From: Myxococcota bacterium
GTDB taxonomy: Bacteria > Myxococcota_A > Polyangia > Palsa-1104 > JAEUJZ01
Length of the DNA stretch: 64,000 bases
Direction of reading: 5' to 3'
NCBI GenBank assembly: GCA_025057315.1
Contig: JANWXW010000147.1
Span: 12,420-76,419 of the forward strand
Numbering within the stretch: position 1 is the stretch's first letter; each line of letters starts with the position of its first letter. A program made the translations under genes and the position numbers. Shown here one piece after another: positions 29,463 to 37,236 of this stretch. The notes under the pieces are model-generated. The model was not told where the DNA came from and ran no database searches. It saw only the letters and a program-made list of their open reading frames with translations.

Positions 29463-29579
29463 GGCGACCTCCGGGCTCTGACAGGGTCGGTGCGTCAGCC
29501 AGCCTAGCGCCCGCATCCGCAGCGCACAAGGGGCAGCGATGTCGCGCTGCAGCAAGCCAAGCCCCGCAGGGAGTCGATC

Positions 29580-29665
29580 AGGGCAGGGCCAAGAAGAAGA
29601 TTAAATTTGTAATTTATACACCATGATAAAATCATGCTGATTGAACTATCGACCGAGGTAATGAC
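29580..29665 (+). promoter_or_regulatory. AT-rich (about 30% GC) island, likely promoter of the 29666 gene
   Basis: aagaagattaaatttgtaatttatacaccatgataaaatcatgctgattgaa. A sharp GC drop in a 70% GC genome, with TATA-like hexamers. Confidence 0.4.
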
Positions 29666-32578
29666 ATGCGGCCAGGTCTGTTTTTCATCGTTCTCGGATG
29701 GGTCCTCGCGATGGTTCCACCGAGGGCAGCGGCGGCCCCCATCGACATCGAAGCGAACCGGGCTAGCGCTCCCCCGCGGAGCGATCAAGGACACGGCATT
29801 TGCACCACGGCCGTCCATTTGAACCAGGACGATCTGCTCACGGGCGTGGAGGTCGCTGAGGCCTACCTGGCACAGTCTGTCGGCATGAACCGCGTGGACG
29901 GCAAGGTAAGCTTCCCCTACGCCACCATCGATTTCCGCAACAGTGCTCCCACGGCGGGGGGGGACTACCCTGACAACCGTCCGTTGCCCTTTACCGCGCT
30001 GCCTGGTACCCCCCAGGTCGGCAACGAACGCAACATCGCCATGCGGGTGCGCGGCTACATCAATATCTATCGTCCGGGCATCTTCACCTTCGCCGTGCTG
30101 GCAGATGATGGCTACCGCCTCCGCATCGGTGGCAAGGACATCCTCAGCTCGGTGGGGTTTGCGTCGCTACGCGACAGCCGACAGGTGCGCTTCGCCGCAC
30201 AGGGCCTGTATCCAATTGAACTAGTTTACTTTCAGAACACAGGTCCGGCGATGTTGGAACTGTCCTATGCCGACCGCGAAGACCTGGAGGTGCAGCACTC
30301 GCCGACGCCGCTCGGCGGGGGGTTCAGTCTGGTCCCCCAGGCTGCACTCTTTTCGGCCGTGGCCGGCCGCAGCGACTGCACCGAGTGCAACGACGACGCC
30401 ACCTGTGGGCCCACCATGGGCCGCTATTGCCGCGATGGCCTCTGCCAGCCCTGCATCGTGCCTGCCCGCTGCGGCCAGAACTGCCAGCCCTGTCCTGCCA
30501 GCCAGCCGGTGTGCAACGGCAGCGCCTGCGTCGAGTGCAGCGCAAGCGACACCAGCGTCTGCGACCGAAAGGGCTTTGTCTGCGAGCTGAACACTTGCCG
30601 TCCGTGCCTGGCCGACTCCGAGTGCGGCAATGGCCGCATCTGTGACATTGCGTTCGGACAGTGCATTCCCCGGCCGAACCTGCGCTATGCCGGCGGCTGC
30701 AGCGTGGCGCCCGGCGGGCAGGAGCCTGCTCTGGTGGTACCGCTGCTGTTGCTCGCCCTCGGCCTGCTGATCGTGGGCGCGCAGCGGCTTCGCTCTCGCT
30801 CCGCGCTGGCTGCGCTGGTGTTGCTGGTGGGGGCGGGCCAGGCCCGTGCGCAGCAGTCGCTCGAGGTGGCCCGGTTCAATGCCCAGACGTTTCGCCCAGC
30901 GATGGGCCCCGGCAACGTGTTTACCGTCGAGGGGACCCTTATGCCGCGCCGGCTTTTTCCCTTCGGTGGTCTCTTCTTTCAGTACGCCCACCACCCGCTG
31001 CGTCTGGTGGTGGAGGGTACCGGCGAAACCTATGCCTACCCCGTCTCGCTGATGTTGACCGCACACCTGATGCCTGGCTTCGGCATCACGCGCTGGTGGT
31101 CGGTGGGCCTCGACCTGCCCGTGGTCATGTACCAAGGCTTTGACGAGCGCACGCCCGCAGCAGACACCAACTTTACCATCCCCGCAGCTGGCGGAGTCGG
31201 CGATCTGCGCCTGATGACCAAGTTCCGCATTCTCAACAACGAGGGCGGCGGCTTCGGCCTGGCGGCGGTGCCTCAGTTTGTCTTTCCCACCGGTGCCGCC
31301 GCATCGCCCAACTCGTTTCGCAGCGAGGACACCGTTGGCATCGAGCCACGCATCGCCGCCGACTACCGCTTTCGCAACGGCATCTTCATTGCGCTGAACC
31401 TTGGCTACTGGCTCCGCACCTACAACCGCAACGTGGACTTCGGCGTGGTCCGCGTGGCCGATCAGATCCGTTATGCATTGGGCATGGGGGCACCCATCCT
31501 GAAGGGATTTGGCGTGGCCGGCGAGATGAGCGGCGCGATCAGCCTCAGCCGTCTGGATGGCGGGCCGCTCTACTCGCCGCTGGAGGGCTTTGCGGGCCTG
31601 CGCTACACGCACTCCTCAGGCCTGGAGGCAAGCGTGGGCGGCGGTGGCGCCTTTGTCTCTGCCGTCGGAATACCGCTGTTTCGCGCTTTCGCCAGCATCG
31701 CCTTCGTGCCCACCGGCAAGCGGCCGGAGCGCAGGGTCGAGCCCCGGCCTGAACTGCAAGACCTGGATCCCGATGGCGATGGCGTACAGGGCGTAGAGGA
31801 CGAGTGCCCCAGCAAGGCCGGGCCGCGTGAAAACCGCGGTTGTCCAGACAAGGACCAGGACCGAGACGGCATCGTGGACCGCCTCGACCGGTGCCCGACG
31901 GAGGCCGGCCCGAGCGAAAACGAGGGCTGCCCGGACACCGATAGCGACCGAGACGGCATTGTGGATCGGCTCGACAAGTGCCCCACCGAAAGCGGTGTGG
32001 CGCAACACGATGGCTGCCCCGAGCTTGACACCGACAAGGACGGTATCCTTGACAAGGACGACCGGTGCCCGGCCCAGCCCGGCGTCGCTGACAACCAGGG
32101 CTGCCCGGACACCGACGAGGACAAGGACACCATTGTGGACCGGCTCGACCGGTGCCCGAAGGAGGCCGGCCCGCGTGAGACGAGTGGCTGCCCCGTGCTC
32201 CAGGTCAGCGACAACCGCGTGAGGCTGGTGCTGCCCATCCGCTTTGCTCCAGGCAAAGACACACCGCAGAAGGAGTCCGACCAGGTGATCATGGCCCTGG
32301 CCCAGCTTATGGCCCAGGACAGCTCGATCAAGAAGCTCCAGATCGAGGTCCCAGCCAGCGGTGACAAGAAGACAGCCAAGAAGCTGGCCGGCAAGCGGGC
32401 CAAGAACCTGCTCGGCTTGCTGGTGGATGCCGAGGTGTCCAAGAAGCGGCTGGCCATCAAGGCGGCCAAGAGGCTGGAGGGCGACGAGATCACCGAGGTC
32501 ACTCTCAACAGGGGCAAGGTCAAGGACAAGAAGGGCAAAAAGGCCAAAGCGGGTAAAAAGGGCAAAAAGGCCAAATAG
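29666..32578 (+). CDS. 970-aa ORF. N-terminal part: signal peptide, PA14-like domain, Cys-rich repeats and a MYXO-CTERM-like GC...hydrophobic...RLRSR segment. It continues in frame into an OmpA-family outer-membrane protein (second signal peptide, beta-barrel, 5x thrombospondin type-3 Ca-binding repeats, divergent OmpA-like C-domain, poly-Lys tail).
   Basis: PA14-like GYINIYRPGIFTFAVLADDGYRLRIGG. CxxC-rich repeats at aa 238-333. AGGCSVAPGG...LLLALGLLIVGAQRLRSR at aa 342-378. Then ALAALVLLVGAGQARAQQ. DxDxDGxxDxxDxCP repeated five times. Tail KDKKGKKAKAGKKGKKAK. Confidence 0.7.
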   Translation: MRPGLFFIVLGWVLAMVPPRAAAAPIDIEANRASAPPRSDQGHGICTTAVHLNQDDLLTGVEVAEAYLAQSVGMNRVDGKVSFPYATIDFRNSAPTAGGDYPDNRPLPFTALPGTPQVGNERNIAMRVRGYINIYRPGIFTFAVLADDGYRLRIGGKDILSSVGFASLRDSRQVRFAAQGLYPIELVYFQNTGPAMLELSYADREDLEVQHSPTPLGGGFSLVPQAALFSAVAGRSDCTECNDDATCGPTMGRYCRDGLCQPCIVPARCGQNCQPCPASQPVCNGSACVECSASDTSVCDRKGFVCELNTCRPCLADSECGNGRICDIAFGQCIPRPNLRYAGGCSVAPGGQEPALVVPLLLLALGLLIVGAQRLRSRSALAALVLLVGAGQARAQQSLEVARFNAQTFRPAMGPGNVFTVEGTLMPRRLFPFGGLFFQYAHHPLRLVVEGTGETYAYPVSLMLTAHLMPGFGITRWWSVGLDLPVVMYQGFDERTPAADTNFTIPAAGGVGDLRLMTKFRILNNEGGGFGLAAVPQFVFPTGAAASPNSFRSEDTVGIEPRIAADYRFRNGIFIALNLGYWLRTYNRNVDFGVVRVADQIRYALGMGAPILKGFGVAGEMSGAISLSRLDGGPLYSPLEGFAGLRYTHSSGLEASVGGGGAFVSAVGIPLFRAFASIAFVPTGKRPERRVEPRPELQDLDPDGDGVQGVEDECPSKAGPRENRGCPDKDQDRDGIVDRLDRCPTEAGPSENEGCPDTDSDRDGIVDRLDKCPTESGVAQHDGCPELDTDKDGILDKDDRCPAQPGVADNQGCPDTDEDKDTIVDRLDRCPKEAGPRETSGCPVLQVSDNRVRLVLPIRFAPGKDTPQKESDQVIMALAQLMAQDSSIKKLQIEVPASGDKKTAKKLAGKRAKNLLGLLVDAEVSKKRLAIKAAKRLEGDEITEVTLNRGKVKDKKGKKAKAGKKGKKAK

Positions 32579-32644
32579 CCAATAGATTCAGAGGGAGTGC
32601 GCGCGGCAGCGGATTATAGTAGGGGCCCTCCCTAGCTCCGGAGG

Positions 32645-33610
32645 TTGCTCATGCGCGCACCCCCTCTCTTGCTCGCCTTGCTGGCGTCCTGCTCTCTTTC
32701 CTCCCTCGACGATGAATCCCCTCCATCCGGCCAGGACCGCACGGAGGGCACCATCCGGCTGGAGGCCGAGCCGATCACCTTGCAGCCAGGGCAGGAGGTC
32801 ACCCGCTGCATCACGGCGCGGCTGCCGACCCACGCGCCGGTGGATGTGGTGCGCATCCAAGCGCGCCAGTCAGGCACCCATCACGTCGTGTTCTACCGAG
32901 AGGAGCAGGACGTCCCCCCCAGCCCGACGCGCGACTGCCGGCCCCTGGACATCCTCGGGGAAGGTGTTCGCATCGAGCGCGTGCCCCTATTTATCGGCGA
33001 GACGCCGGAGGCCGAGCTGACCATGCCCCCAGGCGTTGCCTACCGCCTGCGCCCCGGGGCCGCCTACACCATTGAGGGCCACTACATGAATGCCACGCCT
33101 GCGCCGCTGACCACAAGCGCGGTGATCTTGCTTCACACCGCTCCTGCTGGCGCCCAAGTCGTCGAGGCTGATATGTTGTTTTATGCTTCCGTAAGCGCGC
33201 TCAACAAGGTCTACGATGGCCGCCAGCGAGGGTTGCCGCCCGGTGTCACAACCACCATCAGCCCACCCGGCTTCCGCGCGCCGCGTGAGGGGATCAAGCT
33301 CTTCGCGCTGACCTCCCACCAGCACCGAACGGGCATAGATTTTGTCATCAGCAAATCCCGTGGGCGGGACGACCCGGGGCAGCTGCTGTACCGCAACCAG
33401 GACTGGGCCCATCCTCCGCTGCTGCGCTTTCCCGATGAGGCGCTGATCACGTTTGACAGCAGCAAGGGAGAGGGCCTGCGCTGGGAGTGCACCTACCACA
33501 ACACAAACGACTTTTACCTGACCTTTGGGCAGTCAGCGGTACGCAACGAGATGTGCATCCTGTGGGGGTACTACTTCCCAGGACGCGGCTTCGACCTCCA
33601 CTTCGAATAA
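32645..33610 (+). CDS. lipoprotein with a copper type II ascorbate-dependent monooxygenase (PHM/DBH)-like fold
   Basis: Signal peptide plus LASC lipobox. HH (GTHHVV), H (GHYMNA), HxH (SHQHRTG) and M (NEMC), with inter-ligand spacings of 62/76/75 aa, close to the PHM CuH (H107/H108/H172) and CuM (H242/H244/M314) sites. Confidence 0.5.
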   Translation: MLMRAPPLLLALLASCSLSSLDDESPPSGQDRTEGTIRLEAEPITLQPGQEVTRCITARLPTHAPVDVVRIQARQSGTHHVVFYREEQDVPPSPTRDCRPLDILGEGVRIERVPLFIGETPEAELTMPPGVAYRLRPGAAYTIEGHYMNATPAPLTTSAVILLHTAPAGAQVVEADMLFYASVSALNKVYDGRQRGLPPGVTTTISPPGFRAPREGIKLFALTSHQHRTGIDFVISKSRGRDDPGQLLYRNQDWAHPPLLRFPDEALITFDSSKGEGLRWECTYHNTNDFYLTFGQSAVRNEMCILWGYYFPGRGFDLHFE

Positions 33611-33630
33611 GGGACCAGGGGCGCCCGTCC

Positions 33631-34341
33631 TTAGCGGTAGCGAAGCAAGGCCACCCGACCGGCCAGCTCCGCGATGTCAGAAGGCAGCTGGCCGCCGCCC
33701 TCCAGGTGCTGGATCAGCAGCTGGAGCGAGGTGCGGGCGAAGGCACAGAGGATATCGCCCGCGCTGACGCCAGGGGCTGAGGTGGGCGACTGGAGGGGCG
33801 CCGGGGCAGCTGCAGCGGGAGAGGGCGGGGCCGGGGGAGGCGGGGCTGGTTTTGGCTCGGCCTCGATCTGCGCCGGTAACGCGCCGCCATCCTTGGCGAT
33901 CTGTGCGTCGATGACCTGCAGGACATCCTGGGCATGGGTGTAGACGTTCGCCCGGGGGAAGATGTGGCAGATGGTGCCCTTCTGGTTCAGGATGAACGTA
34001 GAGCGCATCTGACCGCGCTCGCTCCACGTCCCCCACTGCGTGGCGACCGCATGGTCTTGGTCGGAGCAGAGATCGAAGGGGATGTTGTTGTCCTTGACAA
34101 ATTGCGCCAGCGCCGACACCGAATCCGGCGAGATGCCGACGATACCGACGCGGCGCTTCTGGAACTCGCCGTACAGGTCCCGGAACCCGTTCACCTGCCG
34201 GGTACAGCCCGGGCTGCCCGCCACCAGGAAGAAAAACACGACCACGTAGTCGTTCTTCGCTTGCAGCTGGGACAGGCGGGTCATCCCGTGGTCGTGGCAC
34301 GAGAGCACAAAATCAGGGCCGTGGGTGCCAACTTCCAGCAT
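33631..34341 (-). CDS. peroxiredoxin (Bcp/AhpC-TSA family) with an 80-aa C-terminal extension
   Basis: Thioredoxin-fold Prx core with peroxidatic Cys in PGCT (AGSPGCTRQ). Followed by a Pro/Ala-rich linker and an extra C-terminal module of about 50 aa. Confidence 0.7.
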   Translation of the reverse strand: MLEVGTHGPDFVLSCHDHGMTRLSQLQAKNDYVVVFFFLVAGSPGCTRQVNGFRDLYGEFQKRRVGIVGISPDSVSALAQFVKDNNIPFDLCSDQDHAVATQWGTWSERGQMRSTFILNQKGTICHIFPRANVYTHAQDVLQVIDAQIAKDGGALPAQIEAEPKPAPPPPAPPSPAAAAPAPLQSPTSAPGVSAGDILCAFARTSLQLLIQHLEGGGQLPSDIAELAGRVALLRYR

Positions 34342-34382
34342 GGCGCCTCCTGAACGTTAGGGCCGATGACGGTCCAGCAGGA

Positions 34383-34883
34383 TCATACCCTAGGGGAGCG
34401 TCTTGCATCCAGGACCTTCCGACGGGAGGGCGGGGGCGGAATGCGCCATGGCCGGGGCGGCTTCGGCCAGACCACCAAGGGCTCCAGCACCCGCACCAGC
34501 ACCGGCTGAAGACCGTTCAGGCGCAGACGGTTGGCCACGGGGGGCAGCAGATCGAGGATGCCGCGCCAGGTGCCCGGGTCACCAGCCCGGCGCTTGATCA
34601 GCCAGCGTCCCTGATGCAGGGCCCCATAGGGGCCGCGATCCACGACGGTGCAGGTGGCGCCTCTGCCGGTGGTGCCGCTGACAATCAGGAGCTGCGTTCC
34701 ACAGGGCAGCCAACGGTGGGCACAACCCTGGGCGACGGCACTCAGGAAGGCTGGTCTGGCCATGTGGCGTCGGCACATCAACGTATAGCCAGCCAGCCTG
34801 TCGCCGGGTTCGCCAAAGCGGGAGGCCATCCCGAACTGGACGGTCGCGAGCAGTCCCGACAGACATGTGAGTGTACCGACCAT
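34383..34883 (-). CDS. RlpA-like double-psi beta-barrel (DPBB) protein
   Basis: YTLMCRRHMARPA...LPCGTQLLIVSGTTGRGATCTVVDRGPYGA...GRWLIKRRAGD matches the RlpA/expansin-like DPBB core. Confidence 0.6.
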   Translation of the reverse strand: MVGTLTCLSGLLATVQFGMASRFGEPGDRLAGYTLMCRRHMARPAFLSAVAQGCAHRWLPCGTQLLIVSGTTGRGATCTVVDRGPYGALHQGRWLIKRRAGDPGTWRGILDLLPPVANRLRLNGLQPVLVRVLEPLVVWPKPPRPWRIPPPPSRRKVLDARRSPRV

Positions 34884-35000
34884 GGTGCAGGGCTCTCACA
34901 GTCCTGCTTGCATCTTAGACGGTGACAAGTCCCTCTGGGAAGCAGCGCCTCGGTCTACAATGCTTCTGGCACGTTAGCAGCAGGTACAATCAGAAAGGTC

Positions 35001-35582
35001 ATGAACGCAGACGCACAGCACGAGGCCCTGTGTCGGCGCTGCGGCATTTCCTGCCACTTCGCCGTGCGGGTGAACGGTCTGGCGGTGGTGGTGGACGAGC
35101 TGCACTGTCGCTTTTTGGCTCGCGCCGCGGATGGGAGGTTCCACTGTACCGTCTACGAGCGGCGCTTCGAGGTCGCCCCGTGGTGCCACAGCGCGGCCCA
35201 GGCAGCCTCTCAGGGGCTGCTGGCCCAGGACTGTCCCTACACCCACGGCATGCGGGGCTACCGGGGCAAGGTGCGCCTTGGCGCGAGCCTGCTGCGGCAG
35301 GTGCTGCCGGCCATCTGCGCCGAGGTGGTACGAGTTGGTGTTCCCATTGGCGCAGACCCGGAGCACGCGCTGGCCTTGGTGGCGCAGCTGGGCGGCGATT
35401 GGGACTACTGCATCAGCGAGGACGGCACGCGCTACCTATTCTTCCGACGGGACGCGGCGCCCTCTCCCCGTGCCGCGGCGCCAGCGTCGGGTCAGCTCGG
35501 GCAGGCCGGAGCGCCCGCGGATGCCCTGCCTGACGCGTCCCCGAGTCCGAGCCAGAGCAAGGCTCCTGGGGCGCCGAAATGA
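35001..35582 (+). CDS. hypothetical Cys-rich (putative metal-binding) protein
   Basis: RBS gaaaggtcATG. N-terminal CRRCGISCHF...HC...HC Cys/His cluster. Ala/Pro-rich C-terminal tail. Confidence 0.5.
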   Translation: MNADAQHEALCRRCGISCHFAVRVNGLAVVVDELHCRFLARAADGRFHCTVYERRFEVAPWCHSAAQAASQGLLAQDCPYTHGMRGYRGKVRLGASLLRQVLPAICAEVVRVGVPIGADPEHALALVAQLGGDWDYCISEDGTRYLFFRRDAAPSPRAAAPASGQLGQAGAPADALPDASPSPSQSKAPGAPK

Positions 35583-35604
35583 GCCAGGCAAGGCCAGCGC
35601 TGCC

Positions 35605-37071
35605 TCAGAGAGCTCCCAAGACCTCGCTGCAGCCAGGCTCGCGCACGCCATAGCGGGGGAAGGCCACCTGGGCCCGCTCCCCGTCCAGTTCTAGGCGCAC
35701 AAAGCCGTGGCCGCGGCCGTTGCGGCGCCAGGCAAACGTGGTGTGCGCGGCCGCCTGGGCCGTGATCAGGGCCGCCAGACCGGCGATCTCGCGAGGGCAC
35801 GGGGACACATCGCGGGCGGGCCAGCGCTCAAAGCGCAAGCCCCGGGGCCCGGGCCGCGCCTCGTGCAGATCGGCCCAGTGGGTGTGGCCGGACAGGTGCA
35901 GCACCCGCAGCCCTGCTGCTGCCCCGTCGAGCAGCAGCTGTTCGAACCCCTGCGCCCCAGTGCGCATGCGGCCGAAGAAGCCGCGTCCGGTCCGCCCCCC
36001 GCTCGACAGCACGTGAGCCCGTGGTGGCGCATGGCTGAACAGCACCACGCCGCGGCGTCCCTTCTGCCGCGCCCGGTCTAGCGCACTGCGCATCCGCTCC
36101 AGCGTCTCGGGGAGCAGGCCACGGGTCAGGATGCGAAACGAGGGCACGCTCGGTCCGCTGTCGAAGCCGATGAAGTCCCAGCCGCCCAGCGTCACGGTGA
36201 ACAGCGGGTAGGGATGGAAGCCGCGGGCGAAGGTCAGGTACCCTTTGCTGCTACCCGTGCCGAACAGCGCCTTGGGCCCAAAGCCGTGGTCATGGTTGCC
36301 TGGCACCACCAGCAGGGGCGCTTGGATGCGCAGCAGCATCTGCTGGGCCCGCCGCAGCTGCGCCCCGTTGCCGCCCCGATCGACCACGTCGCCGGTGATG
36401 AGGACCACGTCGGGCCGCAGGGCGTTTACATCGGCCAACACGCGTTCCAGGTTCTGCTCCAGACGACGCTGGTGGCGCTTGCCGATGTGGATGTCGCTGA
36501 GCTGGACAACACGCAGCGGCCGTGGCAGGGTCGGGTCCTGGGCGAGCAGCCACACAGCATGGGGGGCCCGCTCCGGCGGGTGAGCACCGGATGCGAAGTA
36601 AAGATCGTAGCCCCCCGGCGGGGGCAAAGAGAGCGGCCGGGCAGACAGGCGCACGCGCCGCAGGTTGTCTGCGATGGCCTCCCTCGCCTCAAGCAGGAGC
36701 TCCAGCGCGTGGCAGCCATCCCGCGATGCCTCGCCCTGCAGGCAGCGCGCAGCTTGCTCTGCCGACCAGTTTGGCCGTGTCAGCACGGCGCGCCAGGGCG
36801 CTGGCCGGCCCCGCTCTAGTACCTCCACAACGAACGGCGCGCCGGCCTGCACCACTGCTGGATAGCCCAGCCGGGGGCGCAGCAGCAGCGCATCGCGGCC
36901 GGGATCTGGATCGGTCTCTGCTGGTGCAAAGCGCCTGTAGCTGGCGACCAGTTCGCGGAGCATGCGGCCTTCTGCCAGCGGCACCGGAGGGGCGCAGGCC
37001 CCAGCAGCCAGCACAAGAGGCAACCAGCACCGGTGCAGGCAGCGCATGGGGGGCCGCTGCCAAGCATCCAT
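35605..37071 (-). CDS. calcineurin-like metallophosphoesterase lipoprotein
   Basis: Start ATG 37071 (MDAWQRPPMRCLHRCWLPLVLAAGAC: signal peptide plus lipobox). MPE motifs (VQLSDIHIG, ITGDVVDRG, GNHDH). Confidence 0.75.
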   Translation of the reverse strand: MDAWQRPPMRCLHRCWLPLVLAAGACAPPVPLAEGRMLRELVASYRRFAPAETDPDPGRDALLLRPRLGYPAVVQAGAPFVVEVLERGRPAPWRAVLTRPNWSAEQAARCLQGEASRDGCHALELLLEAREAIADNLRRVRLSARPLSLPPPGGYDLYFASGAHPPERAPHAVWLLAQDPTLPRPLRVVQLSDIHIGKRHQRRLEQNLERVLADVNALRPDVVLITGDVVDRGGNGAQLRRAQQMLLRIQAPLLVVPGNHDHGFGPKALFGTGSSKGYLTFARGFHPYPLFTVTLGGWDFIGFDSGPSVPSFRILTRGLLPETLERMRSALDRARQKGRRGVVLFSHAPPRAHVLSSGGRTGRGFFGRMRTGAQGFEQLLLDGAAAGLRVLHLSGHTHWADLHEARPGPRGLRFERWPARDVSPCPREIAGLAALITAQAAAHTTFAWRRNGRGHGFVRLELDGERAQVAFPRYGVREPGCSEVLGAL

Positions 37072-37236
37072 CCCCCTCCGGCGCCTGGCAAACCACCCTC
37101 TGGCCCGTGTCCGACTCGGCCGGCGGTCTTCTCGCCCGTCAGCAGGGGACCCGCCTTGGTTGCACGGTACGTACCTGCAGAGCAACTCCGCCATCACCAC
37201 GGACATGCAGCAGGGGGCCTCCTGGGTTGCAGGGGG

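Noticed and set aside
32579-32644. Possible Rho-independent terminator after the OmpA-like gene (AGGGAG ... CTCCCT)
   Set aside because: The stem is only 6 bp with a roughly 30-nt loop and no U-tract. Too weak to call.
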